The notes under the pieces are model-generated. The model did no database searches. It was not told where the DNA came from and was given only the letters and a program-made list of their open reading frames with translations. Below, piece after piece: positions 18,986 to 29,111 of a DNA stretch of 64,000 nt. The position numbers and the translations under genes are program-made. Position 1 is the first letter of the stretch. Each line of letters begins with the position of its first letter. Source of the DNA: a virus (Duplodnaviria; Caudoviricetes); the IMG/VR virus record IMGVR_UViG_2974644787_000001, positions 9,624 to 73,623 of that record. The stretch is one strand, 5' to 3'.

Positions 18986-21564
18986 TGAATCCAAATCTTG
19001 CAATCATACTAAATTTCCTTAAAGGGGGCAAAGGCTCTCAGGGAACGAACGTAAAATACTACAAGCGAGAACCAAAAGCAAAAGGCGGTTATCGTTATTG
19101 GTACACAAAAGAAGCGTATGATCGAGATCACAAAAAACAAGAACCGAAAAAGGACGGCCATAAAGAACCTTCTATTTGGAGCAAGGTCGCTAGCTTTTTC
19201 GGAGTCAAAACTACGGAAATCAGTGCAAAGATTGAATCGGAATACAAAGAAAACTTGGACGCAATTACCAAGGAAGCTGGTCCGGTCACAAAACAGGATT
19301 TCGCGTCTCATCTTGCAGAGTATTTGGCTAATAAAGCCAAATGGGATTTAAAATTTAAGGCAAAAAAACCTGAGCCTACAAAAGAAACTAGCGAACCGAA
19401 GGAAGATAATGGTAGCGACATCGATGTCGCTACCAAAGAAGAAAAGGTAAAGACTCCAAAAGAAAAAGTCGCAGAGCAGGCAGAAAAATTCCAAGAAGGG
19501 AGGAAATGGAACCTTAAGCTCATGCAATTCATTGCAAGTAAGTATACTGATACAAATGAGAAACGTGGGGAGGAGTCCACTCAAGAAATTGTAAATAACT
19601 TGGAGAAACTCGGGTTCACCAAAGAGCAAACTTCAGAAGTAAAAAACGCAACAAAATACAAATATCTTTCACAAAGTGGGAAGGAAGTGAGTTTTTTTTA
19701 TAAACCTACAGAAGATAAATGGATTTGGTCTCAAGGAACAGGAACTGAAAAATTTTATTCCGAAAAAAATCCAAAACAAGTTTTGTCACAGGCAAAGCAC
19801 TCTATTGAAAGTCTTGGAGAGCAAGGTATATCAAATTGGAGCGAAATCCCAAAATCCAAAAAGGATGAGTTGAGTAAATTGCTGGATAGTTTTAAGAAGA
19901 ATTCCAGTTTACCTAAATCCCAAACTGAAACTAAGGAATTATCCAAAGTAGTCAACGAGCAGGACCCGATAGAGACTAAAATCACTCAATCCAAGAATAA
20001 AATTGATTCCATTCGTAAAGATAAAAGCCTCAGTGAGGATGAGTTTAGGACAGAAATTGAAAAAGCCCGAGCGGAATTAAGATCCGCTATGAAAGAGAAA
20101 CAGGCGCGTGATGGTTTCAAATCACTTAGTGATCTCGAGAAAGTCGCATTTGAAGCTTTATACAAGGTCGATGCACCTGACACATTCCCAGTTGATGCTA
20201 AAGGGAATGTTGACAAGAAGGCAATTACGAATTACGTCAAAGAGAAACAATCACTCGATCCTGATGCACTTTCCAAAGCCATGGAAGGGAATGATAATGC
20301 AAAGAAAGATGGTGCAATCAAGGCGATTTCTGAAATTAAAAAAAAAAGCCCTAAGCTAAGATCACAAGCACTTCGCATTTCTGGAGACAAGCATGTTTAT
20401 CGGCAAGCTGTATCAGAAAAGACTTCAAACAAACTAAAAGAAGTACCTGCCTCTGATATTTATACAATTGAGCAGTATACTGATGAAAAAAATTATAATA
20501 GAAAAGTCATTGAAGGAATCAAGTCTTCGATACTTGCGAAAGGATTTGATCCTGGTTCTCCTATTAAAGTTGATAGAGATAAAGAAGGGAAACTAACAGT
20601 TGTCGATGGTCACCATCGTTTTACAGCCGTAAAAGAACTCATTTCAGAAGGAAAACTCCCTAAAGATACTCCTATCTATGTAATTGAGGAAAAATACAAT
20701 TCTGAATCTGACCGGTTACTCGCACAGGTTTCAGCGAACAAAAACAAGCGCGAAGTGGAACGTTTGGATGATGCCAAGGCCTACGCGAAACTTATAGCGC
20801 AAGGTAAGTCCGTGCAAGAGATTTCCGAACGAACAGGAGAGTCTGCGGAATATGTCAAAGGGACCATCGCGCTCAATAATTTAATTCCAGAATTACAAGG
20901 CCTTCTTCGAACCGATGCAAAGAAGAACATTCGTACATCGGATAAGGGAAACGATGGATCGAAAGAGAAAAGAGAAACAATTCCTGAATCATTGGCTATC
21001 GTTATTGCAAAAAACGGGAATGATGATAATGGGGTGCCTTCCCCTACTATCCAAAGAAAAGCCTTTGCTTGGTACATTCAAAACAAAGGAAAAGGAATTT
21101 CGCCTAACCAAGTAAAGTCATATATTGATAGTCTAAAAGCACAGAATTTCACTTTTGGAAACATGGATTCCCATGGTAGATCCGACGTAGAACAAGAAGC
21201 TATGAAATTTGCCGGTGGCGAAGACAATGCAAAGGCAAACTCAGCAGGTTTCGAAAACTTACTTACTGCAATTCAAAAACCAATTCAAAAATTCCTTGGT
21301 GACACAATTACGGATCTCAATGAAGGGAGAGCGAAAGAACTAGCGGCTTCCATAATTGCAACGAAAGGAGAAAGTGCACTGGAAACTGAACTTGCAAGAC
21401 TATCTGATGCGCTTAATAATATTGCCGCTTTTAGAGATTCATTAAAAAAGAAATTCGGAGAGATAAAAGCAGATTCCCAAACTCCGGATATGTTCGCTTT
21501 CAAAAGCTCAATGGGGACATTCCTTAAAGCATTTAAAGCTAAAAAATCAGGAAGATTAAAGTGA
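18985..21564 (+). CDS. polyvalent internal-head protein with ParB/Srx-like domain and HTH
   Basis: SILAKGFDPGSPIKV...VVDGHHRFTA...ANKNKREV..LDDAKAY..L...GKSVQEISERTG; N-terminus shared with the DarB-like protein; 859 aa from ATG 18985. Confidence 0.75.
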   Translation: MNPNLAIILNFLKGGKGSQGTNVKYYKREPKAKGGYRYWYTKEAYDRDHKKQEPKKDGHKEPSIWSKVASFFGVKTTEISAKIESEYKENLDAITKEAGPVTKQDFASHLAEYLANKAKWDLKFKAKKPEPTKETSEPKEDNGSDIDVATKEEKVKTPKEKVAEQAEKFQEGRKWNLKLMQFIASKYTDTNEKRGEESTQEIVNNLEKLGFTKEQTSEVKNATKYKYLSQSGKEVSFFYKPTEDKWIWSQGTGTEKFYSEKNPKQVLSQAKHSIESLGEQGISNWSEIPKSKKDELSKLLDSFKKNSSLPKSQTETKELSKVVNEQDPIETKITQSKNKIDSIRKDKSLSEDEFRTEIEKARAELRSAMKEKQARDGFKSLSDLEKVAFEALYKVDAPDTFPVDAKGNVDKKAITNYVKEKQSLDPDALSKAMEGNDNAKKDGAIKAISEIKKKSPKLRSQALRISGDKHVYRQAVSEKTSNKLKEVPASDIYTIEQYTDEKNYNRKVIEGIKSSILAKGFDPGSPIKVDRDKEGKLTVVDGHHRFTAVKELISEGKLPKDTPIYVIEEKYNSESDRLLAQVSANKNKREVERLDDAKAYAKLIAQGKSVQEISERTGESAEYVKGTIALNNLIPELQGLLRTDAKKNIRTSDKGNDGSKEKRETIPESLAIVIAKNGNDDNGVPSPTIQRKAFAWYIQNKGKGISPNQVKSYIDSLKAQNFTFGNMDSHGRSDVEQEAMKFAGGEDNAKANSAGFENLLTAIQKPIQKFLGDTITDLNEGRAKELAASIIATKGESALETELARLSDALNNIAAFRDSLKKKFGEIKADSQTPDMFAFKSSMGTFLKAFKAKKSGRLK

Positions 21565-22319
21565 GTATTACAAATGTGCTATCGCAGATCAAAAAGAGAC
21601 CTGAAAATTTCCCTCGGTATTTTTCTGTTCTTCGAGAAGCTGCGGAGAAAATCCAGTCTCGGTGGCTCTTTATGGCAGGTGAACGAGCAAAACTTGGAGT
21701 TAAAGCAGGAGGACTAGGCTGGTGGGGAGTTCAGTATCTTAGCAGAGGCCAGGTTCAAATCGAACAACAAGGCATTGGATATAAAATTTTTTACTCAAAA
21801 GGATCTGGGAACTATAATGTTGAAAAAATTGCCGAGGATGGAAGAAGTTCTTTTGATATTGTTCAAAGCCTATTGAATAATTCGAAAAAAGTCAGAATTT
21901 CCAAAGGAGGTAAAAAATATTTAATAGTTCCAATGGCATCTAACGAAAGCCAAGCGGATGTCGTCATGAAAATTATTGGAAGCTACAAGGAAGAGTCTCC
22001 AAATGGCGGTTTTGTAACTCGGAATAAATATAACTATTCTAAGCTAACAGACAAAAAAAAAGGGACTAAAACATTCCAATTTTCTCAAAAGCAGGAGAGA
22101 GGTGGAAGTAGTAGTTCAAACCATAATTTAATCATGGTGACCTCGGATTCACAGTGGAAGCCTTATCCTGAAATCAAAGGACAGAAATTTTCTGCCAAAA
22201 TGCAAAAAGTTGCAGATCAGCTACTTTCGAGCGAACCATTTCTCAAGGCACTTGCAGAGGCAATTATCATAGATTTGCAAGAGAATAGAATCAAACTTCA
22301 AAAGGAGAAACGAAAATGA
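21561..22319 (+). CDS. putative neck/tail-completion protein
   Basis: 252 aa; position between head and sheath genes. Confidence 0.4.
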   Translation: MSITNVLSQIKKRPENFPRYFSVLREAAEKIQSRWLFMAGERAKLGVKAGGLGWWGVQYLSRGQVQIEQQGIGYKIFYSKGSGNYNVEKIAEDGRSSFDIVQSLLNNSKKVRISKGGKKYLIVPMASNESQADVVMKIIGSYKEESPNGGFVTRNKYNYSKLTDKKKGTKTFQFSQKQERGGSSSSNHNLIMVTSDSQWKPYPEIKGQKFSAKMQKVADQLLSSEPFLKALAEAIIIDLQENRIKLQKEKRK

Positions 22320-23092
22320 TATTATCTATGTGGCAACTGGATCCAGAGTTTCGGATCATCCAAGAGTTGAAAGAACTCTTTCTAGAAACTGGTTTGGGCG
22401 ATAGAGGTATTCCTTGCGAAAAAATTGTTCACCCAGGTCATCCACTATATTCAATCGCTTCTGTTCCTTCCGGAGAAGGAGCCAAAGATACAGATTCATT
22501 TTTCCCAAAGGTTGGTGTGGAATGGTCTGATGATGAACCCTCCGATGATTTAGGCGGGAATTACAGAATTTTCCCTTTTGATTCTCAGATTAAAAACAAA
22601 ATTATCGCTTATAAAGCAAGGAAAGATTCTGAATACGAACATTTTGGTTTCAAACAGTTTGATAAGATTTTAAATTCAACTAACTTTGGTATAGTGGAAT
22701 CTTATACCTCGCATATCATTTCAAATGTGACCATATCTGGTTGGGGGGGAAGCGGTAACAATGGGAGGAAAATAGCCCAAGAATTATATAAGGCTACAAT
22801 GTCCGTCCTTCCTTTCCTTAAACACAACATCCAAAAGAAATATAAGGCTTCAGTAGGACTTGAAGGCAAACCAGCAGTGAATGTAGAAGCGCCTCAAGTT
22901 GGAAGAGGCGCATGGGGTTTCGAAGTTATGTTATCAGTAAGGCAAATCAAAAGAGAGTTCAGATTCACAGCAGGAAGTCTCATTTCAAAAGCAGATGTCT
23001 ACTTTGATGGAGTTGGAACACTCCCGAGTAAAGACAAGCTAGGAAAATCACAAGGAAATATGAATTTTCATCCGCTTAAATCAAAAATTTAG
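22316..23092 (+). CDS. putative tail terminator protein
   Basis: 258 aa; position immediately before the sheath operon. Confidence 0.4.
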   Translation: MILSMWQLDPEFRIIQELKELFLETGLGDRGIPCEKIVHPGHPLYSIASVPSGEGAKDTDSFFPKVGVEWSDDEPSDDLGGNYRIFPFDSQIKNKIIAYKARKDSEYEHFGFKQFDKILNSTNFGIVESYTSHIISNVTISGWGGSGNNGRKIAQELYKATMSVLPFLKHNIQKKYKASVGLEGKPAVNVEAPQVGRGAWGFEVMLSVRQIKREFRFTAGSLISKADVYFDGVGTLPSKDKLGKSQGNMNFHPLKSKI

Positions 23093-23130
23093 TTGATAAT
23101 TTTGGAGTCTAGTTCCCTTGTCACTTCCCA
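23093..23130 (+). promoter_or_regulatory. putative late promoter copy 4
   Basis: TTGATA(23093)-N19-TTGTCA(23118)-CTTCCC-ATG(23130). Confidence 0.7.
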
Positions 23131-23381
23131 TGCAAGGGACTCAAGATTCTACAGTCGAAACAAAGCCAAAAACTGCAAAAGTCGTTGATGCTTCACCTAA
23201 CAATGAATTAGTCAAGGATCCGACTGCAAAATTCATTGAGTCCAAATCTGAACTTGCCCGTTATTCTATGGCGCAAGTATTCCGAGAATTTTTGGTTAAA
23301 AACCATAAAAAATTTAACGGATTGAAGACCAAAGATGATTACGAAAAAGCATTTGAAGAATTTTGGGGAGTGAAAAAGTAA
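23130..23381 (+). CDS. small hypothetical protein preceding the sheath
   Basis: 83 aa from ATG 23130; stop abuts the sheath ATG. Confidence 0.65.
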   Translation: MQGTQDSTVETKPKTAKVVDASPNNELVKDPTAKFIESKSELARYSMAQVFREFLVKNHKKFNGLKTKDDYEKAFEEFWGVKK

Positions 23382-25166
23382 ATGGGCGTTTTAGGGAAGG
23401 CATTCGAGGGACGTTCTTACGTTCGACCAGGTTCGAGAGGAAAATTTCGCGCTAAGGATCAAATCCCTGGCGATTCAGTTGACCTATTTACTCAATTAAT
23501 TATTGGGCAAGCCGACAATGGCGTAAACTGTAATGATACAAATTTATCAGATGAAGACAGATATTATATTTTTTACTCTTTCGAAGAGGCGAAAAAAGTT
23601 TTAGGTGGCGGAGAACTTTTGGAAGCAATTATGCTTGCAGATACTCCTTCAAGTGAAGATGATTTTGCGCCTGGACCACAACGATTCATCGCACTCAATA
23701 CAAGAGCTAATGTGGCCGCAAGTGCATCCATTCCTTCATTAAAATCAGGTCAATCTCATACTCTTACCTTCCCTATTCCAGGACCAAAAGGCAAAAAAGT
23801 TCGATTCCGTAAAACGGTAGCTACGAAACAAATTGAGATCGGAGATAACGAGGGTATTCTCACCTCCCCTGCTCTTGAACAAAAAGTTCTAACTATTTCT
23901 TATACAGGCGATGCAACTTCCGCAATTCTTTCTGTAACCGGATCCGCTTTAATTGTAACCTTGGCAGGTCAAAATGATGGATCTGTTTCGCTAACGGTTC
24001 CATTTGCAGATTATCCTACGGCCATTGAAGCTGTAGATTATATCAATTCTATCCCATTCTACACTGCTTCAATGATGTCCAATGCTACATTTATGATGTC
24101 CAATTTGGATCACGTTGAATCTTCGGAGGCGATTTCAGTAAAAAGTCCTGCAATTGCGACTGTCTATGCTGATTTGTTTGCAGAGAAAAATTGGATTGAA
24201 TCCACAGGGTTTGCAGTTTTTACAACGGCTGCGACAGTGAAAAAACCTTTTGCAAACAATACAATATTCACCTACCTAACCACTGGTGGTACAACAGGTA
24301 CGGAAGGAGTAACTGCAGTTAAGGATGCGATTACATTTGCAAAGAAAATTCCTGCAATGTATCGTAATATTCTCGCGTCCTCCTTATCTGACAAAGTGCA
24401 TTTTAAAACCGCTTGTTTCGATATGATTTCTCCGGATGGAGGAAAGGAAACGATTGGTGGTTGTGGTGGGGATCTGTCGTTATCTATTGACGCAAGGCGT
24501 GAAGAAGCCCGCACTTTGGGCGTTTATTGGATGAACTACGGCCTTGAAAAGTTCGTGGCTTTTGATCTTGCAGGAAATCAAAAAACTTATCCTGGTTATA
24601 TGCTTTCTGTTTTAGATAATGCAATTTCTGCAGCAAACTCTCCTCGACATTCCCCAACCTGGAAAGCACTCAATATCTTAAAAAGTGCAGAAAACCTGAT
24701 TGATTCAGTGCGTGATGCATCAATTCGCGATGGAGCATTGGTTCTTACCAAGAATCCAGTCACGGGTGCATGGGTAATTGAGAGATCTATCACAACAGAA
24801 AGAAAAGACAATATCATACTCAACGAAAAGAACTCTGTTGCCGTTGCCCTAACAATGGTCCGTGAACTCAGGGAAGGATTTAACTCTAGATTTATCGGTC
24901 GTTCAACGGTAGATGAAAATGCAAAAGTTCAAGGTGTGACTGTTGCAGACGTTAAGGGATATGTCGAACAAAGACTACAATCCTTCGTTGAGAAAGGTTA
25001 TTTGGTTGGATCCTCGGCACTCGGTGTTGATGCATTCCAAAAAGATTTTGTTGTCGAAGTCGACGGAGACACTTGGTATTTTAGATCGCTCGAAGGTACT
25101 GTAATTTCACCAGTGAATTTCATTTTTTACATTCTATCTCTTGATACTCTCAAAGGAAGTGCATAA
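23382..25166 (+). CDS. contractile tail sheath protein
   Basis: N-terminus RSYVRPGS...LIIGQADNG...SFEEAKKVLGGGELLEAI matches Twort/K-type sheath; 594 aa followed by the tube gene. Confidence 0.85.
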   Translation: MGVLGKAFEGRSYVRPGSRGKFRAKDQIPGDSVDLFTQLIIGQADNGVNCNDTNLSDEDRYYIFYSFEEAKKVLGGGELLEAIMLADTPSSEDDFAPGPQRFIALNTRANVAASASIPSLKSGQSHTLTFPIPGPKGKKVRFRKTVATKQIEIGDNEGILTSPALEQKVLTISYTGDATSAILSVTGSALIVTLAGQNDGSVSLTVPFADYPTAIEAVDYINSIPFYTASMMSNATFMMSNLDHVESSEAISVKSPAIATVYADLFAEKNWIESTGFAVFTTAATVKKPFANNTIFTYLTTGGTTGTEGVTAVKDAITFAKKIPAMYRNILASSLSDKVHFKTACFDMISPDGGKETIGGCGGDLSLSIDARREEARTLGVYWMNYGLEKFVAFDLAGNQKTYPGYMLSVLDNAISAANSPRHSPTWKALNILKSAENLIDSVRDASIRDGALVLTKNPVTGAWVIERSITTERKDNIILNEKNSVAVALTMVRELREGFNSRFIGRSTVDENAKVQGVTVADVKGYVEQRLQSFVEKGYLVGSSALGVDAFQKDFVVEVDGDTWYFRSLEGTVISPVNFIFYILSLDTLKGSA

Positions 25167-25169
25167 GCC

Positions 25170-25619
25170 ATGCCAGATATCTCAATTGGTGACATACCAG
25201 ATACTTCGATCCTAGTTGGATCCAATGCTCAAGTCTACATTGATGGAAAACTTGCTGCCTATGTAGATGATATTGATGTCGATGAAAACTATAACCAAAC
25301 CGACATTCGTGCCATTGGCGATTTTTTCCCGAAGGATACAAAAGCATTATTCTTTGATGGATCATTTTCTGGAAAAATGTGGGTTATCACGGATGAAAAA
25401 GATCCTGGATCTATTGTTAAGTCTCTTCCTGATCTTACAAATATCTTAACTAAAAAAGGGAATTTGTGGGAATTTAGGGAAAAAAGTACTGGGAAGAGAA
25501 TTATGCGTTGTGTAGCCAAACTCAATACTCGCAAAACAAATATTTCTACCACTCAACCAAGTGTGAGAAATGTTTCTTTTAAAATAATTCGAATTCAACA
25601 CATGGAAGGCGATAACTAG
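25170..25619 (+). CDS. tail tube protein
   Basis: 149 aa directly after the sheath; beta-rich tube-like pattern. Confidence 0.75.
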   Translation: MPDISIGDIPDTSILVGSNAQVYIDGKLAAYVDDIDVDENYNQTDIRAIGDFFPKDTKALFFDGSFSGKMWVITDEKDPGSIVKSLPDLTNILTKKGNLWEFREKSTGKRIMRCVAKLNTRKTNISTTQPSVRNVSFKIIRIQHMEGDN

Positions 25620-25621
25620 AT

Positions 25622-26056
25622 ATGGGTCTATTCCCTGGAGTCGAAAGAGAATTCCATTTTGAAGTAGATGGACATAAATTTGGTGGAAGATTCCCTCTTC
25701 CATCAGATCGCCGTAACATTGATGTCATCGTCTCACAACGACTTGGTGGAACTTCGCTTCAGTCTATCCCCACAGAGACCTATTCCGCAGAGTATGTTTT
25801 TGTAACTTTGAACTATACTCTCACAGATAGACCAAGAGATTTTGAAGGATTGGATTTTGCAGACATACCTGACGAGGATTTCATCGTCAAGGTTTGGTCA
25901 CAATATAATAAACTTCAAAAGGCCTACCAAGCGGGTCTAAAAAAAAATAACCGAACCGTTGTACCTACAAAAACTCCTGGCAAACAATCTAGACAGTCTG
26001 CTCAATCTGTATCTACTCAAAGAGTTCCGGATATTGCCGAGAGGGTACCAGACTAG
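25622..26056 (+). CDS. tail assembly chaperone (gpG-like)
   Basis: Between tube and tape measure; contains an A9 run at 25939-25947. Confidence 0.65.
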   Translation: MGLFPGVEREFHFEVDGHKFGGRFPLPSDRRNIDVIVSQRLGGTSLQSIPTETYSAEYVFVTLNYTLTDRPRDFEGLDFADIPDEDFIVKVWSQYNKLQKAYQAGLKKNNRTVVPTKTPGKQSRQSAQSVSTQRVPDIAERVPD

Positions 26057-26300
26057 TGAGGATTTCCAAACAGAGGAAAAACTTGCAATCTTCATAGCTG
26101 AGTCAGTAAGACCAGATTTTCAGCAAATCCAGAAGTATATGTCGATCAAAACCCAATTAGAGGAATTAGTGAATCGCCCTCTTTCTGATTGGATCGACAA
26201 AGGCATCTCCGGATTGCCGAAAGAAGATCAGGAAAAGATTGCTCGATCAAAACGTGCCAGCGAAATCGCAGAACTAAAACAACAGATAGGTGAGACATAG
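25941..26300 (+). CDS. tail assembly chaperone extension (gpT-like), probably read by +1/-2 frameshift
   Basis: The +1 frame opens right after TAA 25938-25940 at the A9 run and runs to 26300, just before the tape measure gene. Confidence 0.55.
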   Translation, partial: KKITEPLYLQKLLANNLDSLLNLYLLKEFRILPRGYQTSEDFQTEEKLAIFIAESVRPDFQQIQKYMSIKTQLEELVNRPLSDWIDKGISGLPKEDQEKIARSKRASEIAELKQQIGET

Positions 26301-26302
26301 CC

Positions 26303-28009
26303 ATGGCTGAAGTACTAATCGATATAGACAGCATTGCATCGAAACTAGCACAAAAACTCGGACCAGAAATGGTCGCTGAGATTTCCAAACGCCAAAAGGG
26401 TGTAGGTGGTGGTTCATCCGATTCTGGGAGCGGATCTAAAAAAGAATCAGCAAGCGCGAGTAAGGAAAAGAAAAAAGAATCACTTACAGACAAAACAGTC
26501 AATAGTTACAAAGAAGGCGCAGCTTCAAGCACTCTCGATCAAGACGCTTCAGAGCTAAGATCTGGACGATTTTCTGGAGTAATTGGCCGGAGAATCGATT
26601 CTGCCAAAAAGATAAAAGACAAAATTCAGGAAGAACGCAAGAAGCGAGCCGAAAAATACGATATTGGTGAGAAAGGGCAAGATCCTTCGTTACCTTCATT
26701 GGGACAGCCAAACAAAGATAATGGGGTACAAAAGTATAACATCCTTGAAGTCAAGGAGGCAAAGTTCACGAAAGTGATCATGCAAGGCGGTGGCAGTGGT
26801 TCTTTTGGTGGGGGGATTACAATCCCAGGGAGAGGTGGCAGTGGTATCTCTAGCCCACCCTCTTCTGCCGATCAACAGGACGGCAACATGGAAAGGCGTA
26901 ATGAGGGCGTTGCAAAAGCAGGCCAAGGAATTGCGAGTGGGATAGGAATCCCGGTTATAGGAGCTATTCTTGGAGCAACAGTAGCAGCAGTCTCTACCAT
27001 GGGTGGTATGCACCAGCAAGCTTTGCAAGCACAGGAAGGTACATTTAGCGCATATCGTGGGCTAGGTGGCAGACTAGGAAGTGGGATTTCAAGTGAGAAC
27101 GGTATAGTGCGGACTCCTGAGTTGGCTCAATTAGGAATAGCTCGAGCAAGAATTTTGGGAGGTGACCCAAATTCGCAAATTGGAATGAACTCAAGATATG
27201 GAACAGGTTTAGGAGTCAGATTTGGAGTTACTCAAGGTCTTGGTGGATCGGCTGGCGCAGAGATGTTTGCAAAATTGAAAAAATATGGTGGGTTCGATGA
27301 GAGTGAATCTTCCTTAAAGAAAATCTTGTCTGATGGAATACGTTCGGGATTTGGAGGACTAAGACAAGCTGAGTTTATGCAACAAGTCTCAGGGATTTCT
27401 GAAAATGCTTATAATTCCGGTATGGGAACTCAATCAGTAGACCGAATTGCAGGCGCATTTTCCGGGTTAAATGGAGCTGGTATTCGAGATAATCGATTAG
27501 GTTCTGTGTATAGTGCGATAAATGATAACATGACCAAAGACGGTGGTCAAATGAATTCAATGTTAGTTGCTCACCATATGCAACAGAATGGTGGGGATTA
27601 TTTAGCAGCTATGGCAGCAGCCGAAGAAGGGATGGGAAGTCAGGCGAATATTGGTGCTGTCAATCAAATGACTCAAGGGATGGATCCAAAGACAAAAGCT
27701 ATTTGGATGAAAAAACAAGGTTTAATTACTGCTACCGAAGGTCAAAATTCAGTTAGTTTAGGGAAAGATATTTTAACAGAAGCGGGGAAAATAACAACTG
27801 TAAGTAACGAGGGTCGGGATGCTGGTAACGATGTTAGAAATGTTTCAGGTCAAACTCAAATAGCTCATTCAAATCAATTGGATGCTGCTGCAATGGGAGC
27901 AGCCTTTGAGGCTGCCTATGCTGTTCAAAACAAAATATTTGATTTGATGATTAAATTAGCTGAATCTGGTAATAAGACAGTCGCAAAATTGAAGAAATAT
28001 TTGGACTAA
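26303..28009 (+). CDS. tape measure protein
   Basis: 568 aa, G/A/S-rich helical repeats, follows the chaperones. Confidence 0.65.
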   Translation: MAEVLIDIDSIASKLAQKLGPEMVAEISKRQKGVGGGSSDSGSGSKKESASASKEKKKESLTDKTVNSYKEGAASSTLDQDASELRSGRFSGVIGRRIDSAKKIKDKIQEERKKRAEKYDIGEKGQDPSLPSLGQPNKDNGVQKYNILEVKEAKFTKVIMQGGGSGSFGGGITIPGRGGSGISSPPSSADQQDGNMERRNEGVAKAGQGIASGIGIPVIGAILGATVAAVSTMGGMHQQALQAQEGTFSAYRGLGGRLGSGISSENGIVRTPELAQLGIARARILGGDPNSQIGMNSRYGTGLGVRFGVTQGLGGSAGAEMFAKLKKYGGFDESESSLKKILSDGIRSGFGGLRQAEFMQQVSGISENAYNSGMGTQSVDRIAGAFSGLNGAGIRDNRLGSVYSAINDNMTKDGGQMNSMLVAHHMQQNGGDYLAAMAAAEEGMGSQANIGAVNQMTQGMDPKTKAIWMKKQGLITATEGQNSVSLGKDILTEAGKITTVSNEGRDAGNDVRNVSGQTQIAHSNQLDAAAMGAAFEAAYAVQNKIFDLMIKLAESGNKTVAKLKKYLD

Positions 28010-28014
28010 GAGTC

Positions 28015-28581
28015 TCACTCTTCTACTGGTTTTATACCACTGAACTCCGTAATTTTCACGGTCATAGTTATGTTACTTCCAATTTCATAGCTGTAAATGA
28101 AGTATTTCATCGGAGGTATTTGAAATATTGCTTTTATTTCGAAATTTTTAGCACGTAAAGAATCTTCTTCAATTTTTTCCACGATATCCGGAAGAGTAAG
28201 CTGTTTTTTATCGCAGTTAATCGAAGTTTGGCTGCAAATTGAGATTTCTCCAACTCCATAAAAATATTTTCTATCTCCATACTCTTTCAATGTTTCTTCA
28301 CTTAAATCCAAGCAAGCTAGTCCAAATCTTTTGTTATCAAGCTGTCCACCATTTATTTTCAAGAATTCATTTGGTATTATTTCTGTCCCGACAGTTAACA
28401 TGGCCTTCAGTTTGGTATGGACTATCTCTTGTAGCTTTTTTGATTTAATTGATTGCCCTCTATCTCTAAGTTCAGCAGCTTCCCTTCCCTGTGCCATCAC
28501 TTCGCAGAATGCTTTGTTGTCTAGGGTCTTTGCAGAAAGAGAGAATGATAAAAAAATAGTCAGTAAAATAAATCTGGTCAT
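28015..28581 (-). CDS. exported hypothetical protein (moron)
   Basis: Signal peptide MTRFILLTIFLSFSLSA; four Cys in the mature part. Confidence 0.7.
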   Translation of the reverse strand: MTRFILLTIFLSFSLSAKTLDNKAFCEVMAQGREAAELRDRGQSIKSKKLQEIVHTKLKAMLTVGTEIIPNEFLKINGGQLDNKRFGLACLDLSEETLKEYGDRKYFYGVGEISICSQTSINCDKKQLTLPDIVEKIEEDSLRAKNFEIKAIFQIPPMKYFIYSYEIGSNITMTVKITEFSGIKPVEE

Positions 28582-28616
28582 TGTTAGATTATTCGATTTA
28601 GGTGGGAAAGGGTCAA
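28581..28616 (-). promoter_or_regulatory. sigma70-type promoter, leaderless
   Basis: TTGACC(28616)-N17-AATAAT-CTAACA-ATG(28581). Confidence 0.55.
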
Positions 28617-28656
28617 TCCCATTCTATAGTCCAATCCGAATCGGAATCCGTTAAGA

Positions 28657-28935
28657 TTATTTTTTGTGGCAAGAAAGCGCACTTCCGGAAGCGCCGTAGC
28701 AAATTGAAGTCGAATTCTCACATCGAACTACACCGCCCATTGCGAGCATCCCACCTTCACTTTTTGGATTGGTCAACTCTGAAAGCATTTTTACCATTGG
28801 TGAGTCGTCACCTGCAATAATTCTAATCTGCTTACAGACCAAATCATTCCCTAAAGTCTCTTTCGTTTTTTCGTCTTTACTGAAAATGGATGAAGTAATC
28901 GTTAAAAATAAAAGTAGGAATAGTAAGTTTTTCAT
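28657..28935 (-). CDS. small exported Cys-rich protein (moron)
   Basis: Signal peptide MKNLLFLLLFLTITSSIFS; four Cys. Confidence 0.7.
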   Translation of the reverse strand: MKNLLFLLLFLTITSSIFSKDEKTKETLGNDLVCKQIRIIAGDDSPMVKMLSELTNPKSEGGMLAMGGVVRCENSTSICYGASGSALSCHKK

Positions 28936-29111
28936 GAGCTAACTATGGGATAGTTGATGCCTGGGTCAAAACGAAAAAGATTAAAGTCAAAACATATCGG
29001 AAAATTTGCGAAATGAGATGCCAATACCGAACAAGGCCAGCAGTTCCGAAACAAAGCTTTAAGTTACGGTCACTTGTTGGTTTTAATATAACGTTAATAG
29101 AAATTGCTCGA

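Noticed and set aside
26303-28009. Tape measure truncated by the cargo insertion
   Set aside because: The ORF ends with a normal stop and amphipathic C-terminus, and no remnant frame is visible beyond the island; shortness alone is not evidence.
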